NCBI GenBank assembly: GCA_964654465.1
Contig: CAZZIO010000034.1
Location: 1 to 30,306 of the forward strand
From: an uncultured Dictyoglomota bacterium
GTDB taxonomy: Bacteria; Dictyoglomota; Dictyoglomia; Dictyoglomales; Dictyoglomaceae
DNA: 30,306 bases
Reading direction: 5' to 3'
Part shown: piece after piece, positions 10,181-20,692 of the stretch
Position numbering within the stretch: position 1 is the stretch's first letter
Layout of the letters: each line of letters starts with the position of its first letter
The notes under the pieces: model-generated
Told to the model about the DNA's origin: nothing
Seen by the model: the letters and a program-made list of their open reading frames with translations, nothing else
Databases searched by the model: none
Made by a program: the position numbers and the translations under genes

Positions 10181-11439
10181 TGTTTGATACTTTAGCTAGG
10201 GCTTTTAGAGTACCAGATTTAAGGAAAAAGATACTTTTTACTCTTTTTATTTTTGCGGTATATAGATTAGGTGCTCATATACCTGTGCCTGGAGTAGATA
10301 GGGTTGCTCTATCAAATCTTTTTAAAGGCCAAGGGGCTTTAGGATTTTTAGATTTATTTACAGGAGGAGCGCTATCAAGATTTTCTATATTTTCTATGGG
10401 TATTATACCTTTTATTAATGCTTCCATCATGATGGAACTTTTAACTGCCGTATTTCCATCATTAGCTGAGTTAAAGAAGGAAGAAGATGGAAGGAAAAAG
10501 CTCACAAGATATGCTAGAAATCTTTCAGTTTTATTAGCAGCCATTGAAGCTTTTGGATTAACTATTTTTATGCATAATTATAAAGTTATTCCAAGTCTTA
10601 CCCCATTATATGTGATAAGCAGTGTAATAACATTAACAGCGGGAAGTACTTTTATAATGTGGCTTGGTGAGCAGATTTCTCAATATGGAATAGGAAATGG
10701 TGTATCCTTAATCATATTAACATCTATAGTTGCAAGATTTCCAACTGATTTGGCAAGAACTTTTGCTTTGCTAAGTAGAGGAGAAATTGGAATTTTAAAT
10801 GTAATTGCCTTCTTTGCTCTTTTAATATTAATTATTATAGGTGTGGTTTGGGAAGAGAGTGCAGAGAGAAGAATTCCTGTACAATATTCTCGTAGAATTG
10901 TAGGAAGAAGAGTTTATGGGGGGCAAAGTACCTATCTTCCTTTAAAATTAAATCAAGCTGGTGTGATACCAATCATTTTTGCAATTACAATTCTTATGGT
11001 TCCACAGAGTTTTATTCCGTTTGTAAAAATTGGTTGGCTAAAGAGTATCTTGAATATTTTTTCTCCAAGTTCCATTTTCTATCCTATTATTTATTTTTTA
11101 CTTGTTCTTGGATTTACTTACTTTTATTCATCCATAGTATTTGATCCTGCAGATTTAGCTGAGAATTTTAAGAAATATGGTGGATTTATTCCAGGAGTAA
11201 GACCAGGAAAACCAACAGAGGAATATTTATCGAAAACTTTAAATAGATTAAACTTTTTTGGTGGTGTATTCTTAGGATTGATTGCTTTGTTGCCTACTTT
11301 TATTGAAAGAATTACTGGTGTTACAGAATTTCAACTTGGTGGAACAAGTATATTAATTATGGTTGGTGTGATATTAGAGACTATAAAGACTCTTGAAGCT
11401 CAAATGATAATGAAAAGTTATGAGGGGTTTTTAAAATGA
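10180..11439 (+). CDS. secY: Preprotein translocase subunit SecY
   Basis: Multiple hydrophobic segments; WLGEQI...GIGNG.SL, PLK.NQAGVIPIIFA, IPGVRPG, GGTS motifs; GTG start. Confidence 0.99.
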   Translation: MFDTLARAFRVPDLRKKILFTLFIFAVYRLGAHIPVPGVDRVALSNLFKGQGALGFLDLFTGGALSRFSIFSMGIIPFINASIMMELLTAVFPSLAELKKEEDGRKKLTRYARNLSVLLAAIEAFGLTIFMHNYKVIPSLTPLYVISSVITLTAGSTFIMWLGEQISQYGIGNGVSLIILTSIVARFPTDLARTFALLSRGEIGILNVIAFFALLILIIIGVVWEESAERRIPVQYSRRIVGRRVYGGQSTYLPLKLNQAGVIPIIFAITILMVPQSFIPFVKIGWLKSILNIFSPSSIFYPIIYFLLVLGFTYFYSSIVFDPADLAENFKKYGGFIPGVRPGKPTEEYLSKTLNRLNFFGGVFLGLIALLPTFIERITGVTEFQLGGTSILIMVGVILETIKTLEAQMIMKSYEGFLK

Positions 11440-12089
11440 TGAAAGCAATTATATTTTTAGGTCCTCCAGGGGCTGGAAAAGGTACACATGCGAAAGAAAT
11501 TAGTTATATCTTAAACATCCCCCATATTTCTACAGGGGATATATTTAGGGAAGCGATTAAGAATCAAACTGAACTTGGAATGAGGGTTAAAGAATTTCTT
11601 GATTCTGGTAAATTGGTGCCTGATGAACTTGTGTGGGAAGTAGTGAAAGATCGTTTAGATACAGAAGATTGCAAGGATGGTTTTATATTAGATGGTTTTC
11701 CCAGGACCATTTTGCAGGCAGAATTATTAGATAAATATTTAAATGAAAGGAATGCAGATTTAAAAGTTATATATTTGGATGCAAGTGATGATTTAGTAAT
11801 AAAAAGACTTTCATCAAGAAGAGTTTGCAAAAATTGTGGAGCAATATATAATATAATTTCTATGCCTCCTAAAAAGGAGGGAATATGTGATATTTGTGGA
11901 GGAGAGTTATATCAACGAAGTGATGACTATCCCGAGGTTATTAAGAAAAGATTAGAAACTTATTATAAAGAGACCCAACCTCTTATTGATTATTATAAAA
12001 ACAGAGGAGTAATGTATACAATAATTGCTGAAAAAGATAGAGAAGAAGTTTTGCAGGAGATATTAAAGGTGGTAAAAGATGGTAATTGA
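11436..12089 (+). CDS. adk: Adenylate kinase with Zn-binding LID
   Basis: GPPGAGKGT, HISTGD, GFILDGFPRT; LID CKNC...CDIC. Confidence 0.99.
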   Translation: MMKAIIFLGPPGAGKGTHAKEISYILNIPHISTGDIFREAIKNQTELGMRVKEFLDSGKLVPDELVWEVVKDRLDTEDCKDGFILDGFPRTILQAELLDKYLNERNADLKVIYLDASDDLVIKRLSSRRVCKNCGAIYNIISMPPKKEGICDICGGELYQRSDDYPEVIKKRLETYYKETQPLIDYYKNRGVMYTIIAEKDREEVLQEILKVVKDGN

Positions 12090-12831
12090 GTTAAAAACAA
12101 AAGATGAAATAGCAATTATGAGAGAAGGAGGAAGAATATTATCAAAAATTTTTAACGGGATAGAAAGAGTCCTAAAAAGTGGAATAACAACTTATGGTTT
12201 GGCAAGAAGAGCAGAAGAATTTATGAATAACTATAATGTTAAACCAGCTTTTAAAGGTTATAGGGGTTATCCTGAGGTAATATGTGTTTCAATAAATGAA
12301 GAAATAGTGCATGGAATTCCAAGCACAAAGAAACTAATAGAAGATGGAGATATTGTAAGTGTAGATATTGGTATAGAATATAAAGGATTCTTTTTAGATG
12401 CTGCAAAAACATATGCTATAGGAGATGTTTCTCCTTTAGCTCTAAAACTTATAAGAGTTACTGAAGAGGCTCTTTGGCGAGGAATAGAGAAGGCTAAAGT
12501 TGGGGCAAAACTTTCAGATATATCATGGGCAATTCAAGAATATGTTGAGAAGAATGGATTTAATGTTATAAGAGATTTTGTTGGGCATGGTATAGGAAGG
12601 AGATTGCACGAGCCCCCAAATGTTCTTAATTATGGACCTCCAGGAATGGGACCTGTATTACAAGAGGGGTTAGTTATTGCTATAGAACCAATGGTTGTTA
12701 CAGGAAGTTATGAGGTTAAAATTTTGAATAATGGTTGGACAGCTGTTACAGTAGATGGTGGACTTTCTGCTCATTTTGAACATACAGTAGCAATTACTGA
12801 AAATGGTCCTCAGGTATTGACCATAGATTAG
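12079..12831 (+). CDS. map: Methionine aminopeptidase type I
   Basis: CVSINEEIVHGIP, GHGIG..LHE.P, IEPM, SAHFEHT motifs. Confidence 0.99.
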   Translation: MVIELKTKDEIAIMREGGRILSKIFNGIERVLKSGITTYGLARRAEEFMNNYNVKPAFKGYRGYPEVICVSINEEIVHGIPSTKKLIEDGDIVSVDIGIEYKGFFLDAAKTYAIGDVSPLALKLIRVTEEALWRGIEKAKVGAKLSDISWAIQEYVEKNGFNVIRDFVGHGIGRRLHEPPNVLNYGPPGMGPVLQEGLVIAIEPMVVTGSYEVKILNNGWTAVTVDGGLSAHFEHTVAITENGPQVLTID

Positions 12832-12840
12832 GGAGGGCCT

Positions 12841-13092
12841 ATGACAAAAAAGGATAGAGAAGTTATTGAAGTTGTAGGAACGGTAAAAGAGGCATTGCCA
12901 AATGCTACATTTAAGGTACAATTAGATAATGGTCTTGAAATAATGGCTTATATATCTGGAAAAATGAGGATGAATTTTATAAGAGTAATGCCAGGTGATC
13001 GAGTAAAAGTAGAGCTTTCGATATATGATCTTACTAAAGGAAGAATAACATATAGATTCGTAAATAAGGAGGGTAATAAGGATGAAGGTTAG
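12841..13092 (+). CDS. infA: Translation initiation factor IF-1
   Basis: E.LPNA.F.V.L.NG, ISGKMR, GD.V.VE...YDL.KGRI.YR motifs. Confidence 0.99.
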   Translation: MTKKDREVIEVVGTVKEALPNATFKVQLDNGLEIMAYISGKMRMNFIRVMPGDRVKVELSIYDLTKGRITYRFVNKEGNKDEG

Positions 13093-13195
13093 AGCTTCGG
13101 TGAAGAAAATATGTGAAAAATGTAAGATTGTAAAGAGAGGCGGGAGAGTTTTTGTTATCTGCGAAAATCCAAGACATAAACAGAAGCAAGGATAG
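13082..13195 (+). CDS. rpmJ: 50S ribosomal protein L36 (bL36), Zn-binding form; not in the ORF track (37 aa)
   Basis: Hand translation: [45 protein letters not shown] inside the infA 3' end; 11-nt overlap with infA. Confidence 0.98.
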   Translation: MKVRASVKKICEKCKIVKRGGRVFVICENPRHKQKQG

Positions 13196-13212
13196 GAGGT
13201 GTTTTATTTAAA

Positions 13213-13587
13213 ATGGCACGTATTGCAGGAGTAGATTTACCAAACAATAAAAAAATAGAGATTGCTCTAACATATATATATGGAATAGGAAGAACTACAA
13301 GCAAAAAGATTTTACAAGCTACTGGTGTTGATCCTAATAAGAGAGTAAAAGATTTAACTGAAGAAGAAATAAGCAAATTAAGAGAGGAAATCGAAAATAA
13401 TTATAAAGTAGAAGGTGATTTAAGGCAAGAGATAGCCTCTAATATAAGGCGTCTTATAGAAATAGGATGTTATCGTGGTATTAGACATAAGAGAGGATTA
13501 CCTGTAAGAGGTCAAAGAACTCGTTGTAACGCACGTACAAGAAAAGGTCCAAGAAAAACTGTAGGTGCTAAGAGAAAGGAAAAATAA
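13213..13587 (+). CDS. rpsM: 30S ribosomal protein S13 (uS13)
   Basis: [21 protein letters not shown]...LPVRGQRT motifs. Confidence 0.99.
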   Translation: MARIAGVDLPNNKKIEIALTYIYGIGRTTSKKILQATGVDPNKRVKDLTEEEISKLREEIENNYKVEGDLRQEIASNIRRLIEIGCYRGIRHKRGLPVRGQRTRCNARTRKGPRKTVGAKRKEK

Positions 13588-13644
13588 TTTTTAGCTTTAA
13601 ATAAAACTGATAAAATTTGTTAAAACAGGAGGGAAACTAAGTAA

Positions 13645-14040
13645 ATGGCTAAAAAGAAGAGAACAAGAGGTCCTCGTAAAGAGAAAAAGATTGTTCCTGT
13701 AGGAGTTGCGCATATAAACTCAACATTTAATAATACAATTGTTACCATTACAGATCCTGAAGGAAACGTTCTTACCTGGGGTAGTGGTGGCACAGCTGGT
13801 TTTAAAGGTACAAAGAAAGGCACTCCTTTTGCTGCTCAACTTGCAGCTGAAATGGCAGCTAAAAAGGCTATTTCAGAGTATGGAATGAAGAAAGTAGATG
13901 TATTAGTTAAAGGTCCAGGACCTGGACGGGAGACTGCTATAAGAGCCTTGCAAGCTGCAGGCCTTGAGATCTCTCTTATAAAGGATGTTACACCAATACC
14001 TCATAACGGGTGTCGTCCACCCCGTAGAAGAAGAGTGTAA
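13645..14040 (+). CDS. rpsK: 30S ribosomal protein S11 (uS11)
   Basis: [37 protein letters not shown] motifs. Confidence 0.99.
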   Translation: MAKKKRTRGPRKEKKIVPVGVAHINSTFNNTIVTITDPEGNVLTWGSGGTAGFKGTKKGTPFAAQLAAEMAAKKAISEYGMKKVDVLVKGPGPGRETAIRALQAAGLEISLIKDVTPIPHNGCRPPRRRRV

Positions 14041-14060
14041 AATTTAAGGGAGGAGAGAAA

Positions 14061-14681
14061 ATGGCAAGATATACAGGACCAGATTGTCGTTTGTGTAGAA
14101 GAGAAGGAATGAAATTATTTTTAAAGGGTACAAAATGTTTTTCTGAAAAATGTCCCTTTGATAGAAGATCTTATGCTCCAGGACAGCATGGCAGAGCTCA
14201 GAGAAAACTAACAGAATATGGATTGAGATTAAGAGAAAAACAAAGAGCTAAAAGAATATATGGTGTATTAGAGAGGCAGTTTAGAAGATATTTTGAGATA
14301 GCTTCTAAAGGAAGAGGGGTTACAGGTGAACGTCTTTTACAATTATTAGAAACAAGACTTGATAATGTGGTTTACAGACTTGGATGGGCACTTTCTCGTG
14401 ATCAGGCAAGACAAATAGTTTCTCATGGTAAGATTGCTGTTAATGGAAGAAGAGTAAATATACCATCTTTTAATGTAAAACCAGGAGATATAATAGAACT
14501 TTTAGATAAAGATTTACTTCCAGTTCAAGAAGCTCTTTCTGTATTGGGAGGTAGGTCTGTTCCTCCTTGGTTAGAATTGGATAAAGATAATTTTAAAGGT
14601 AGAGTTTTGAGACTTCCTGCCAGAAATGAAATAGATACACCAGTACAAGAACAACTTATTGTAGAGTTCTACTCTAGATAG
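14061..14681 (+). CDS. rpsD: 30S ribosomal protein S4 (uS4), Zn-finger form
   Basis: [15 protein letters not shown]...C....[24 protein letters not shown]. Confidence 0.99.
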   Translation: MARYTGPDCRLCRREGMKLFLKGTKCFSEKCPFDRRSYAPGQHGRAQRKLTEYGLRLREKQRAKRIYGVLERQFRRYFEIASKGRGVTGERLLQLLETRLDNVVYRLGWALSRDQARQIVSHGKIAVNGRRVNIPSFNVKPGDIIELLDKDLLPVQEALSVLGGRSVPPWLELDKDNFKGRVLRLPARNEIDTPVQEQLIVEFYSR

Positions 14682-14712
14682 TTTTTGTGGCAGGATAAGG
14701 GAGGTAGATAAT

Positions 14713-15684
14713 TTGCTAATAGAAGAAAATGTAAGGGTTATTATTGAAAAGAAAACTGATGATTATTGTCGTTTCATAGTAGAACCCTTAGAGAGGGGTT
14801 ATGGTTGGACTATTGGAAATGCTTTGAGGAGAATACTTTTATCATCTATCGAGGGTGCAGCAGTTGTTTCTGTAAAGATTGAAGGAGTGAAACATGAGTT
14901 AGAAGTGCTTCCAGGTCTTAAAGAAGAGATTCTTGAAGTATTAATGAATTTGAAAAAGATGGTAGTAAAGATAGAAGATAATAATTCCCATATACTCCAT
15001 CTTGATGTTATGGGTCCAAGAGTAATAAAGGCAGGAGATTTTGTAGTACCTGCTAATGTTAAAATAATAAATCCTGATTTACAAATTGCAACCTTAGTCG
15101 ATAAAGTACCATTTAGAATGGAAGTAGAAGTTAAAAAAGGAAAGGGTTATGTTACTGCTGAAGAAAATAAAGAGCCTAACCAACCTATTGGAGTTTTAGT
15201 TTTAGATTCTATTTTTTCTCCTGTAAAGAAAGTTGGTTATGAGGTAGAAAAGACGAGGGTAGGTAGAAGGACAGATTTGGATAGACTTGTTTTAGATATA
15301 TGGACTAACGGATCTATAACTCCAGAAGAAGCTTTTAGAGAAGCATCGAGAATTCTTATGGAATATTTTAAACTTTTAGCAGAGAAAGACTTTCAAATTT
15401 CTTATGAAGAAGTAACTGAGGAAATTACAACTTTAGAAGAAGAGAGCAAGAAGGGATTAACTCTTGAGGATTTAGGTCTTTCAACTCGCGCATATAATTC
15501 CTTAAGACATGCTGGTATACATACTATTGAGGATTTACTTACAAAAACAAGAGAAGATCTAATGAAGATTAAAAACTTTGGTTTAAAGTCTCTCCAAGAA
15601 TTGGAGGAAAAGCTTAGAGAAAGAGGCTTGAGTTTAAGGGATACTGAAAACCCTGATTTAGAGAAAGGAGAGGACTTAGAATGA
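14713..15684 (+). CDS. rpoA: DNA-directed RNA polymerase subunit alpha
   Basis: EPLERGYG.T.GNALRRILLSS, D..FSPV; alpha-CTD LS.R.YN.L and KNFG.KS; TTG start. Confidence 0.99.
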   Translation: MLIEENVRVIIEKKTDDYCRFIVEPLERGYGWTIGNALRRILLSSIEGAAVVSVKIEGVKHELEVLPGLKEEILEVLMNLKKMVVKIEDNNSHILHLDVMGPRVIKAGDFVVPANVKIINPDLQIATLVDKVPFRMEVEVKKGKGYVTAEENKEPNQPIGVLVLDSIFSPVKKVGYEVEKTRVGRRTDLDRLVLDIWTNGSITPEEAFREASRILMEYFKLLAEKDFQISYEEVTEEITTLEEESKKGLTLEDLGLSTRAYNSLRHAGIHTIEDLLTKTREDLMKIKNFGLKSLQELEEKLRERGLSLRDTENPDLEKGEDLE

Positions 15685-16031
15685 GACATCGAAAGGCATA
15701 TAGAAAATTAAGTAAGCCAACACCTCAAAGAAAGGCTCTCTTAAAAGCTCTTTTAATTTCTTTATTTAAAAACGGAAAGATAGTTACAACTTTACCAAGA
15801 GCAAAAGAGGTAAGTAGATTAGCTGAGAAGCTTCTTACTATAGCCAAGGATGACTCTGTGCATCATAGAAGGTTAGTTTATGCATGGTTACAAGATAGAG
15901 AACTTGTAAGAAAGGTTTTTGTAGAAATAGCTCCAAAATATAAAGATAGAAATGGTGGATATACAAGAGTATTAAAAGCTGGTTTTAGAAGAGGGGATGC
16001 AGCAGAAGAGGCGGTAATTGAACTTGTATAA
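15681..16031 (+). CDS. rplQ: 50S ribosomal protein L17 (bL17)
   Basis: MRHRK, I.TT..RAKE, R.GGYTR, RRGDAA motifs. Confidence 0.99.
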   Translation: MRHRKAYRKLSKPTPQRKALLKALLISLFKNGKIVTTLPRAKEVSRLAEKLLTIAKDDSVHHRRLVYAWLQDRELVRKVFVEIAPKYKDRNGGYTRVLKAGFRRGDAAEEAVIELV

Positions 16032-16849
16032 TGATTCAATTGAGAAATGTTTCTTATGTCTATCATGAAGGTACGATTCAGGAGAAGGTAGCTCTAAAAG
16101 ATATTAATATAGAGATACCTTCTCCTTCTTTTTTAGCTGTTATTGGGGCTAATGGTTCAGGTAAGTCAACTTTTGCAAGGCTTTTGAATGGCCTTTTTAT
16201 TCCTACATATGGTGACGTGATCGTTGATGGTTTAAATTCTAAAAACTTTGAAAATTTGTGGGAAATAAGAAAAAGGGTAGGATTAGTTTTTCAAAACCCG
16301 GATAATCAAATAGTAGGAATGACTGTTGAGGAAGATGTAGCTTTTGGTTGTGAAAATCTTGGTTTGCCTCCCAAGGAGATTGAAGAAAGAATTGCTTTTG
16401 CTTTAAAATCTGTCGGGATGGAAGAATATAGAAAATATCCTCCTCATCTTCTTTCTGGTGGACAAAAACAAAGAATAGCAATAGCTGGAATATTGGCCAT
16501 GTTACCTAAATATATAGTTTTAGATGAACCTACAACTATGTTGGACCCAAAAGGTAGAAAAGAGATAATGGAGGTTATAAAAAAATTATATAAAGAAGAG
16601 AAAACTTCTATTATACTTATTACTCATCATATGGAAGAGGTTGTATGGGCGGATAGAATAGCAGTCTTTAATAAAGGAGAGATAGTTTTAGAAGGTTCTC
16701 CAAAGGAGATATTTATGGAAGACGAAAAGTTAGAAAAATGGGGACTTTCTGTACCATTAGTTACAAAACTCTCTAAATGTTTAGTCGAAAGAGGTTTTGA
16801 AATACCTCATCCCATTCTTACCATTGAGGAACTTTCTGTATGGCTTTGA
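16031..16849 (+). CDS. ecfA1: Energy-coupling factor transporter ATPase A1
   Basis: Walker A GANGSGKST, VFQNPDNQ, LSGGQKQR, LDEPT; conserved position after rplQ. Confidence 0.93.
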   Translation: MIQLRNVSYVYHEGTIQEKVALKDINIEIPSPSFLAVIGANGSGKSTFARLLNGLFIPTYGDVIVDGLNSKNFENLWEIRKRVGLVFQNPDNQIVGMTVEEDVAFGCENLGLPPKEIEERIAFALKSVGMEEYRKYPPHLLSGGQKQRIAIAGILAMLPKYIVLDEPTTMLDPKGRKEIMEVIKKLYKEEKTSIILITHHMEEVVWADRIAVFNKGEIVLEGSPKEIFMEDEKLEKWGLSVPLVTKLSKCLVERGFEIPHPILTIEELSVWL

Positions 16850-17703
16850 TAAGCCTTAAGAATGTACAATACATATATTTAGAAAAGACCCCCTTAGAAC
16901 GAGAAGCAATTAAAGATATTTCTCTGGATATAAGGGAAGGGGAAAGTATAGGAATAATAGGGAAAACAGGATCTGGTAAATCAACTTTGATTCAGTTGAT
17001 TTCAGGTCTTCTTTATCCTACTCAAGGAGAAATTTTTATAAAAGACAGAGATATTAGAAAATGGAATTCTAAAGAACTTTGTAAGATTATAGGGATTGTT
17101 TTTCAATATCCAGAACATCAGTTTTTTGCTGAGACAGTTTTTGAAGAGGTAGCATTTGGTCCAAGGAATATAGGGATATCAGATAAAAAGTTAGAAAATT
17201 GTGTAAGAGAAGCCCTTATTACAGTTGGATTGCCATATGAAGAGATTAAAGATAGATCTCCATTTAATCTCTCTGGTGGAGAAAAAAGAAGATTGGCTAT
17301 TGCAAGTATTCTTGCTATGAATCCAGAGGTACTTATATTGGATGAGCCTACTGCAAACATAGATCCTAAAGGTAAGATCGAAATAATGAACTATATTAAT
17401 AGGTGGATACAAAGTAAAAATAAAACCTTAATCTTGGTTTCTCATGATTTGGATGAGATAATAAAAACCGTTAAGAGGATAATAGTTTTAAAAGAAGGAA
17501 AAATTATTTTTGATGGTCCTATTGAAAAATTGTTTTTAAATTACGAAAAAGTTGAAGAAGCAGAGTTGGAGCTTCCGGAAATTCTTAAATTAAGAAAGGT
17601 ATTAGAAGATAAAGGCTATCCTTTAGAAGGAGCCTTTACTGTGCATGAAATTGTAGAGAGAATTGTAGCTTTTAAGGAGCATATTTCGATATGGAAATCT
17701 TAA
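16840..17703 (+). CDS. ecfA2: Energy-coupling factor transporter ATPase A2
   Basis: GKTGSGKST, VFQYPEHQ.F, SPF.LSGGEKRR, LDEPTA. Confidence 0.93.
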   Translation: MALISLKNVQYIYLEKTPLEREAIKDISLDIREGESIGIIGKTGSGKSTLIQLISGLLYPTQGEIFIKDRDIRKWNSKELCKIIGIVFQYPEHQFFAETVFEEVAFGPRNIGISDKKLENCVREALITVGLPYEEIKDRSPFNLSGGEKRRLAIASILAMNPEVLILDEPTANIDPKGKIEIMNYINRWIQSKNKTLILVSHDLDEIIKTVKRIIVLKEGKIIFDGPIEKLFLNYEKVEEAELELPEILKLRKVLEDKGYPLEGAFTVHEIVERIVAFKEHISIWKS

Positions 17704-18500
17704 AGACATTTCCGTTGGGACAATACATTCCGGGAAATTCTTTACTTCATGGAATTAGTGCTAAAGCTAAGATTATAGTATCTTTTTGGTTGATAATTAT
17801 TATTTTCCTTCTTAAACTGAATTTCTATTCTTATTTACTTTTCTTTCTCTTAGTTTTACTTGGAATACTGTTATCTTCTTTATCAATAAACTATTTTATT
17901 AGAAGTCTAAAACCAGTTTATTTTTTGATATTATTCACGTTTGTAATTCATTTTTTCTTTGGAGAGGAAGGTGGAAAAGTATATTTTAGATATGGAATTA
18001 TTCATATTACTGACAATGGTATCAAAATGGCTTTATTTATGTCTTTAAGACTCATATACTTAGTATTGATAACTTCCCTTCTTACTCTTACCACTTCAGT
18101 ATTAGAGTTAGCCCAAGCTATTGAGGATCTATTAAAGCCATTAAATTTTGTTAAATTTCCTGTACATGAATTTTCCATGATGATGACTATAGCAATAAGA
18201 TTTGTTCCTACTCTTTTAGAGGAAACAGATAAGATTATTAAAGCCCAGAAGGCGAGAGGAGCGGAATTTGGAAAAGGAAATTTAATATCTCAAGCCAAAA
18301 GTTTACTGCCTATAATTATTCCTTTATTTATAAATGCCTTTAGAAGAGCAAATGAGCTGGCTGAAGCTATGGAAGCTCGTTGTTATAGAGGAGCAAAGGG
18401 AAGAACAAGATATAGAATATCTCATTGGACTATAAAGGATTTAGTATTCTTGACTATTGGTATTTTATATCCAATTTTATTGCTGGTATTTTTTAGTTGA
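17691..18500 (+). CDS. ecfT: Energy-coupling factor transporter transmembrane subunit T
   Basis: GQY.PG.S..H N-terminus, hydrophobic helices, RF.PTL, and two Ala-Arg motifs (AQKARG, AMEARCY). Confidence 0.95.
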   Translation: MEILKTFPLGQYIPGNSLLHGISAKAKIIVSFWLIIIIFLLKLNFYSYLLFFLLVLLGILLSSLSINYFIRSLKPVYFLILFTFVIHFFFGEEGGKVYFRYGIIHITDNGIKMALFMSLRLIYLVLITSLLTLTTSVLELAQAIEDLLKPLNFVKFPVHEFSMMMTIAIRFVPTLLEETDKIIKAQKARGAEFGKGNLISQAKSLLPIIIPLFINAFRRANELAEAMEARCYRGAKGRTRYRISHWTIKDLVFLTIGILYPILLLVFFS

Positions 18501-18501
18501 T

Positions 18502-19233
18502 ATGCCAAACTGGAAATTGGAGATATCTTATTTAGGAAGAGATTTTTATGGCTTTCAAAGATTAAAAGGTAAAAGAACAGTTCAAGGGGAGATGGAGAAA
18601 ATATTGAGTTATATATTTAATGAGGAAATAAAAATTGTTGGAGCTGGAAGAACTGATGCTGGTGTCCATGCATTGGGACAGGTAATTAGTTTTAAATCTC
18701 AAAGAGAATGGGAGGAAGAAAAAATTAAATCTGTTTTGAATAAGTTACTTCCTACGGACATTGTAGTGAAAAAGGTTGAAAAGGTTGAAGACAATTTCCA
18801 TGCAAGGTTTTCTGCTAAAAGAAGGTGGTATATGTATTTCATATATAATCATTCAGAGAAAAATATTTTTTTAAATGACTTTTCTTGGTGGATAAAAGGG
18901 CCTCTTGATAGGAATCTACTAATGAGAGCAGCATTTATTATAAAAGGTAAACATGATTTTGTGAATTTTGCAGTTAAAGAATCAGAAAAAAATACTATTA
19001 TTGAAATTTTTGAATCATTTTGGTGTTTTAAAAAAAACTATCTTTTTTATTTCATATGTGCCCCCTACTTTCTAAGAAAAATGGTAAGGTTTTTGGTAGG
19101 TAGTATGGTAGAGATATCCTTAGGTAGAAAAAGTTTAGAGGATTTTGAGAGTTATTTAATAGAGGAATATAAAGATAGATTTTCAGCTCCTGCTCCCTCT
19201 AATGGTTTATATTTATATAAAATAGATTATTGA
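18502..19233 (+). CDS. truA: tRNA pseudouridine(38-40) synthase TruA
   Basis: GFQ....RTVQ, AGRTDAGVHA.GQ, FHARF.A, G.HDF, FLRKMVR, AP..GLYL. ATG 18502 preferred over 18457 because it follows the ecfT stop and gives a TruA-like N-terminus. Confidence 0.97.
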   Translation: MPNWKLEISYLGRDFYGFQRLKGKRTVQGEMEKILSYIFNEEIKIVGAGRTDAGVHALGQVISFKSQREWEEEKIKSVLNKLLPTDIVVKKVEKVEDNFHARFSAKRRWYMYFIYNHSEKNIFLNDFSWWIKGPLDRNLLMRAAFIIKGKHDFVNFAVKESEKNTIIEIFESFWCFKKNYLFYFICAPYFLRKMVRFLVGSMVEISLGRKSLEDFESYLIEEYKDRFSAPAPSNGLYLYKIDY

Positions 19234-19259
19234 CATATTTTACAAATTTATATTAAAAT
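19230..19259 (+). promoter_or_regulatory. Sigma70/SigA-type promoter for rplM-rpsI
   Basis: TTGACA (19230-19235), 18-nt spacer, TAAAAT (19254-19259); 27 nt separate it from the rplM ATG. Confidence 0.7.
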
Positions 19260-19286
19260 GCAACGGGAAAGGAGGAATATTTAAAA

Positions 19287-19715
19287 ATGAAAACTTTTAT
19301 GGCAAAAAAAGAAGAGGTAAAAAGAGAATGGTATGTGGTTGATGCTAAAGGAAAAGTTCTTGGAAGGCTTGCTTCAGAGATAGCTAAAATATTAAGGGGT
19401 AAGCATAAACCTATTTTTACACCTCATGTGGATACAGGGGATTTTGTGATTGTGATTAATGCTAAGGATGTAGTTCTTACAGGAGAAAAAGAAAATCAAA
19501 AAATCTATTTCTTTCATTCAGGATATCCAGGAGGGCATAGATTAATTCCTGCTAAGGAATTAAAAGCTAAGAAGCCAGAGATGTTAATATATCTGGCTGT
19601 TAAGGGAATGTTACCTAAGGGTCCATTAGGAAGAAAAATGTTAAAGAAATTAAAGATTTATCCTGGACCTGATCATCCACATCAAGCACAAAAGCCAAAA
19701 GAACTGAATATATAA
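19287..19715 (+). CDS. rplM: 50S ribosomal protein L13 (uL13)
   Basis: [40 protein letters not shown] motifs. Confidence 0.99.
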   Translation: MKTFMAKKEEVKREWYVVDAKGKVLGRLASEIAKILRGKHKPIFTPHVDTGDFVIVINAKDVVLTGEKENQKIYFFHSGYPGGHRLIPAKELKAKKPEMLIYLAVKGMLPKGPLGRKMLKKLKIYPGPDHPHQAQKPKELNI

Positions 19716-19729
19716 AACGGGAGGGATAA

Positions 19730-20146
19730 ATGTTGGAGTTTGCAAATCAGGAAGTAAAAGTAATTCATGAGGTAGGTGGCAGAAAGACAGCAAGAGCAAA
19801 GGTTTGGCTTAGATTTCCAGGAGAAGGTAAAATAATAGTTAATGATAAACCAATGGAAGAGTATTTTGGAGGGAGAATTTTTTTCCATAAAGTGGTACAA
19901 AAGCCTTTGGAACTTACTGGTATGAAAGATCAAGTGGATGTTTTAGCTCAAACGATTGGTGGAGGAGTTAGTGCTCAAGCTCAAGCTCTTGCTCATGGAA
20001 TATCTAAGGCTCTTGTTGCCTTAAAAGCTGATTGGAGAACTCTTCTTAAGAAAGAGGGACTTTTAAAGAGAGATCCAAGAGAAAAAGAAAGAAAAAAGTA
20101 TGGTTTAAAGAGAGCACGAAGAGCACCTCAATACTCAAAACGTTAA
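19730..20146 (+). CDS. rpsI: 30S ribosomal protein S9 (uS9)
   Basis: GGG...QA.A..HGIS.AL, RD.R.KERKKYGL..AR.APQYSKR. Confidence 0.99.
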   Translation: MLEFANQEVKVIHEVGGRKTARAKVWLRFPGEGKIIVNDKPMEEYFGGRIFFHKVVQKPLELTGMKDQVDVLAQTIGGGVSAQAQALAHGISKALVALKADWRTLLKKEGLLKRDPREKERKKYGLKRARRAPQYSKR

Positions 20147-20161
20147 TGTGGAAGAATTTAT

Positions 20162-20689
20162 ATGGATATTGGTTATCATATAGTCTCTTTGGCAAGGAAA
20201 GCTATTGAGACATACCTCAGGGAGGGGAGAGTAATTTCTCCTCCCTCGGATTTACCTCATGAACTTCTTAGAAGGAGATCAGGTGTATTTGTGTCTTTAC
20301 ATAAAAGACAAAATGGAGAGCTTAGAGGATGCATTGGTACTATTTTACCTACTACTCCCAATATAGCTGAGGAAATTATAAGGAATGCTATAAGTGCAGC
20401 TACTGAAGATCCTCGATTTCCTCCTGTGTCCTTAGATGAGTTAGATAATATAGAAATTTCTGTAGATATTCTTTCCCCTTTGGAAGAAGTTCAAAATATT
20501 ACAGAACTTGATCCCAAAAGATATGGTATTGTAGTTCAGAAAGGATGGAGAAAAGGGGTATTACTTCCTGATTTAGAAGGTGTGGATACAGTGGAAGAAC
20601 AGCTAAATATCGCTCTTGCTAAGGCTGGAATATATCCCGATGAGGATTTTAAAATATATAGGTTTTCTGTTCAAAGATTTAAGGAATGA
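20162..20689 (+). CDS. amrA: AMMECR1-domain protein (AmmeMemoRadiSam system protein A)
   Basis: GVFVSL, LRGCIGT, A..AA..DPRF.PV...EL, G.LLP motifs characteristic of the AMMECR1 family. Confidence 0.92.
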   Translation: MDIGYHIVSLARKAIETYLREGRVISPPSDLPHELLRRRSGVFVSLHKRQNGELRGCIGTILPTTPNIAEEIIRNAISAATEDPRFPPVSLDELDNIEISVDILSPLEEVQNITELDPKRYGIVVQKGWRKGVLLPDLEGVDTVEEQLNIALAKAGIYPDEDFKIYRFSVQRFKE

Positions 20690-20692
20690 TTA

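Noticed and set aside
18457-18501. ORF-track N-terminal extension of truA
   Set aside because: It overlaps the last helix of ecfT; ATG 18502 fits the family better.
16031-19233. ECF module without an S component, within the ribosomal cluster
   Set aside because: rplQ-ecfA1-ecfA2-ecfT-truA-rplM-rpsI is the standard group II ECF arrangement; S components are encoded elsewhere.
19260-19286. Possible L13 autoregulatory leader
   Set aside because: The predicted leader is only about 20 nt and is essentially the SD, with no convincing hairpin.
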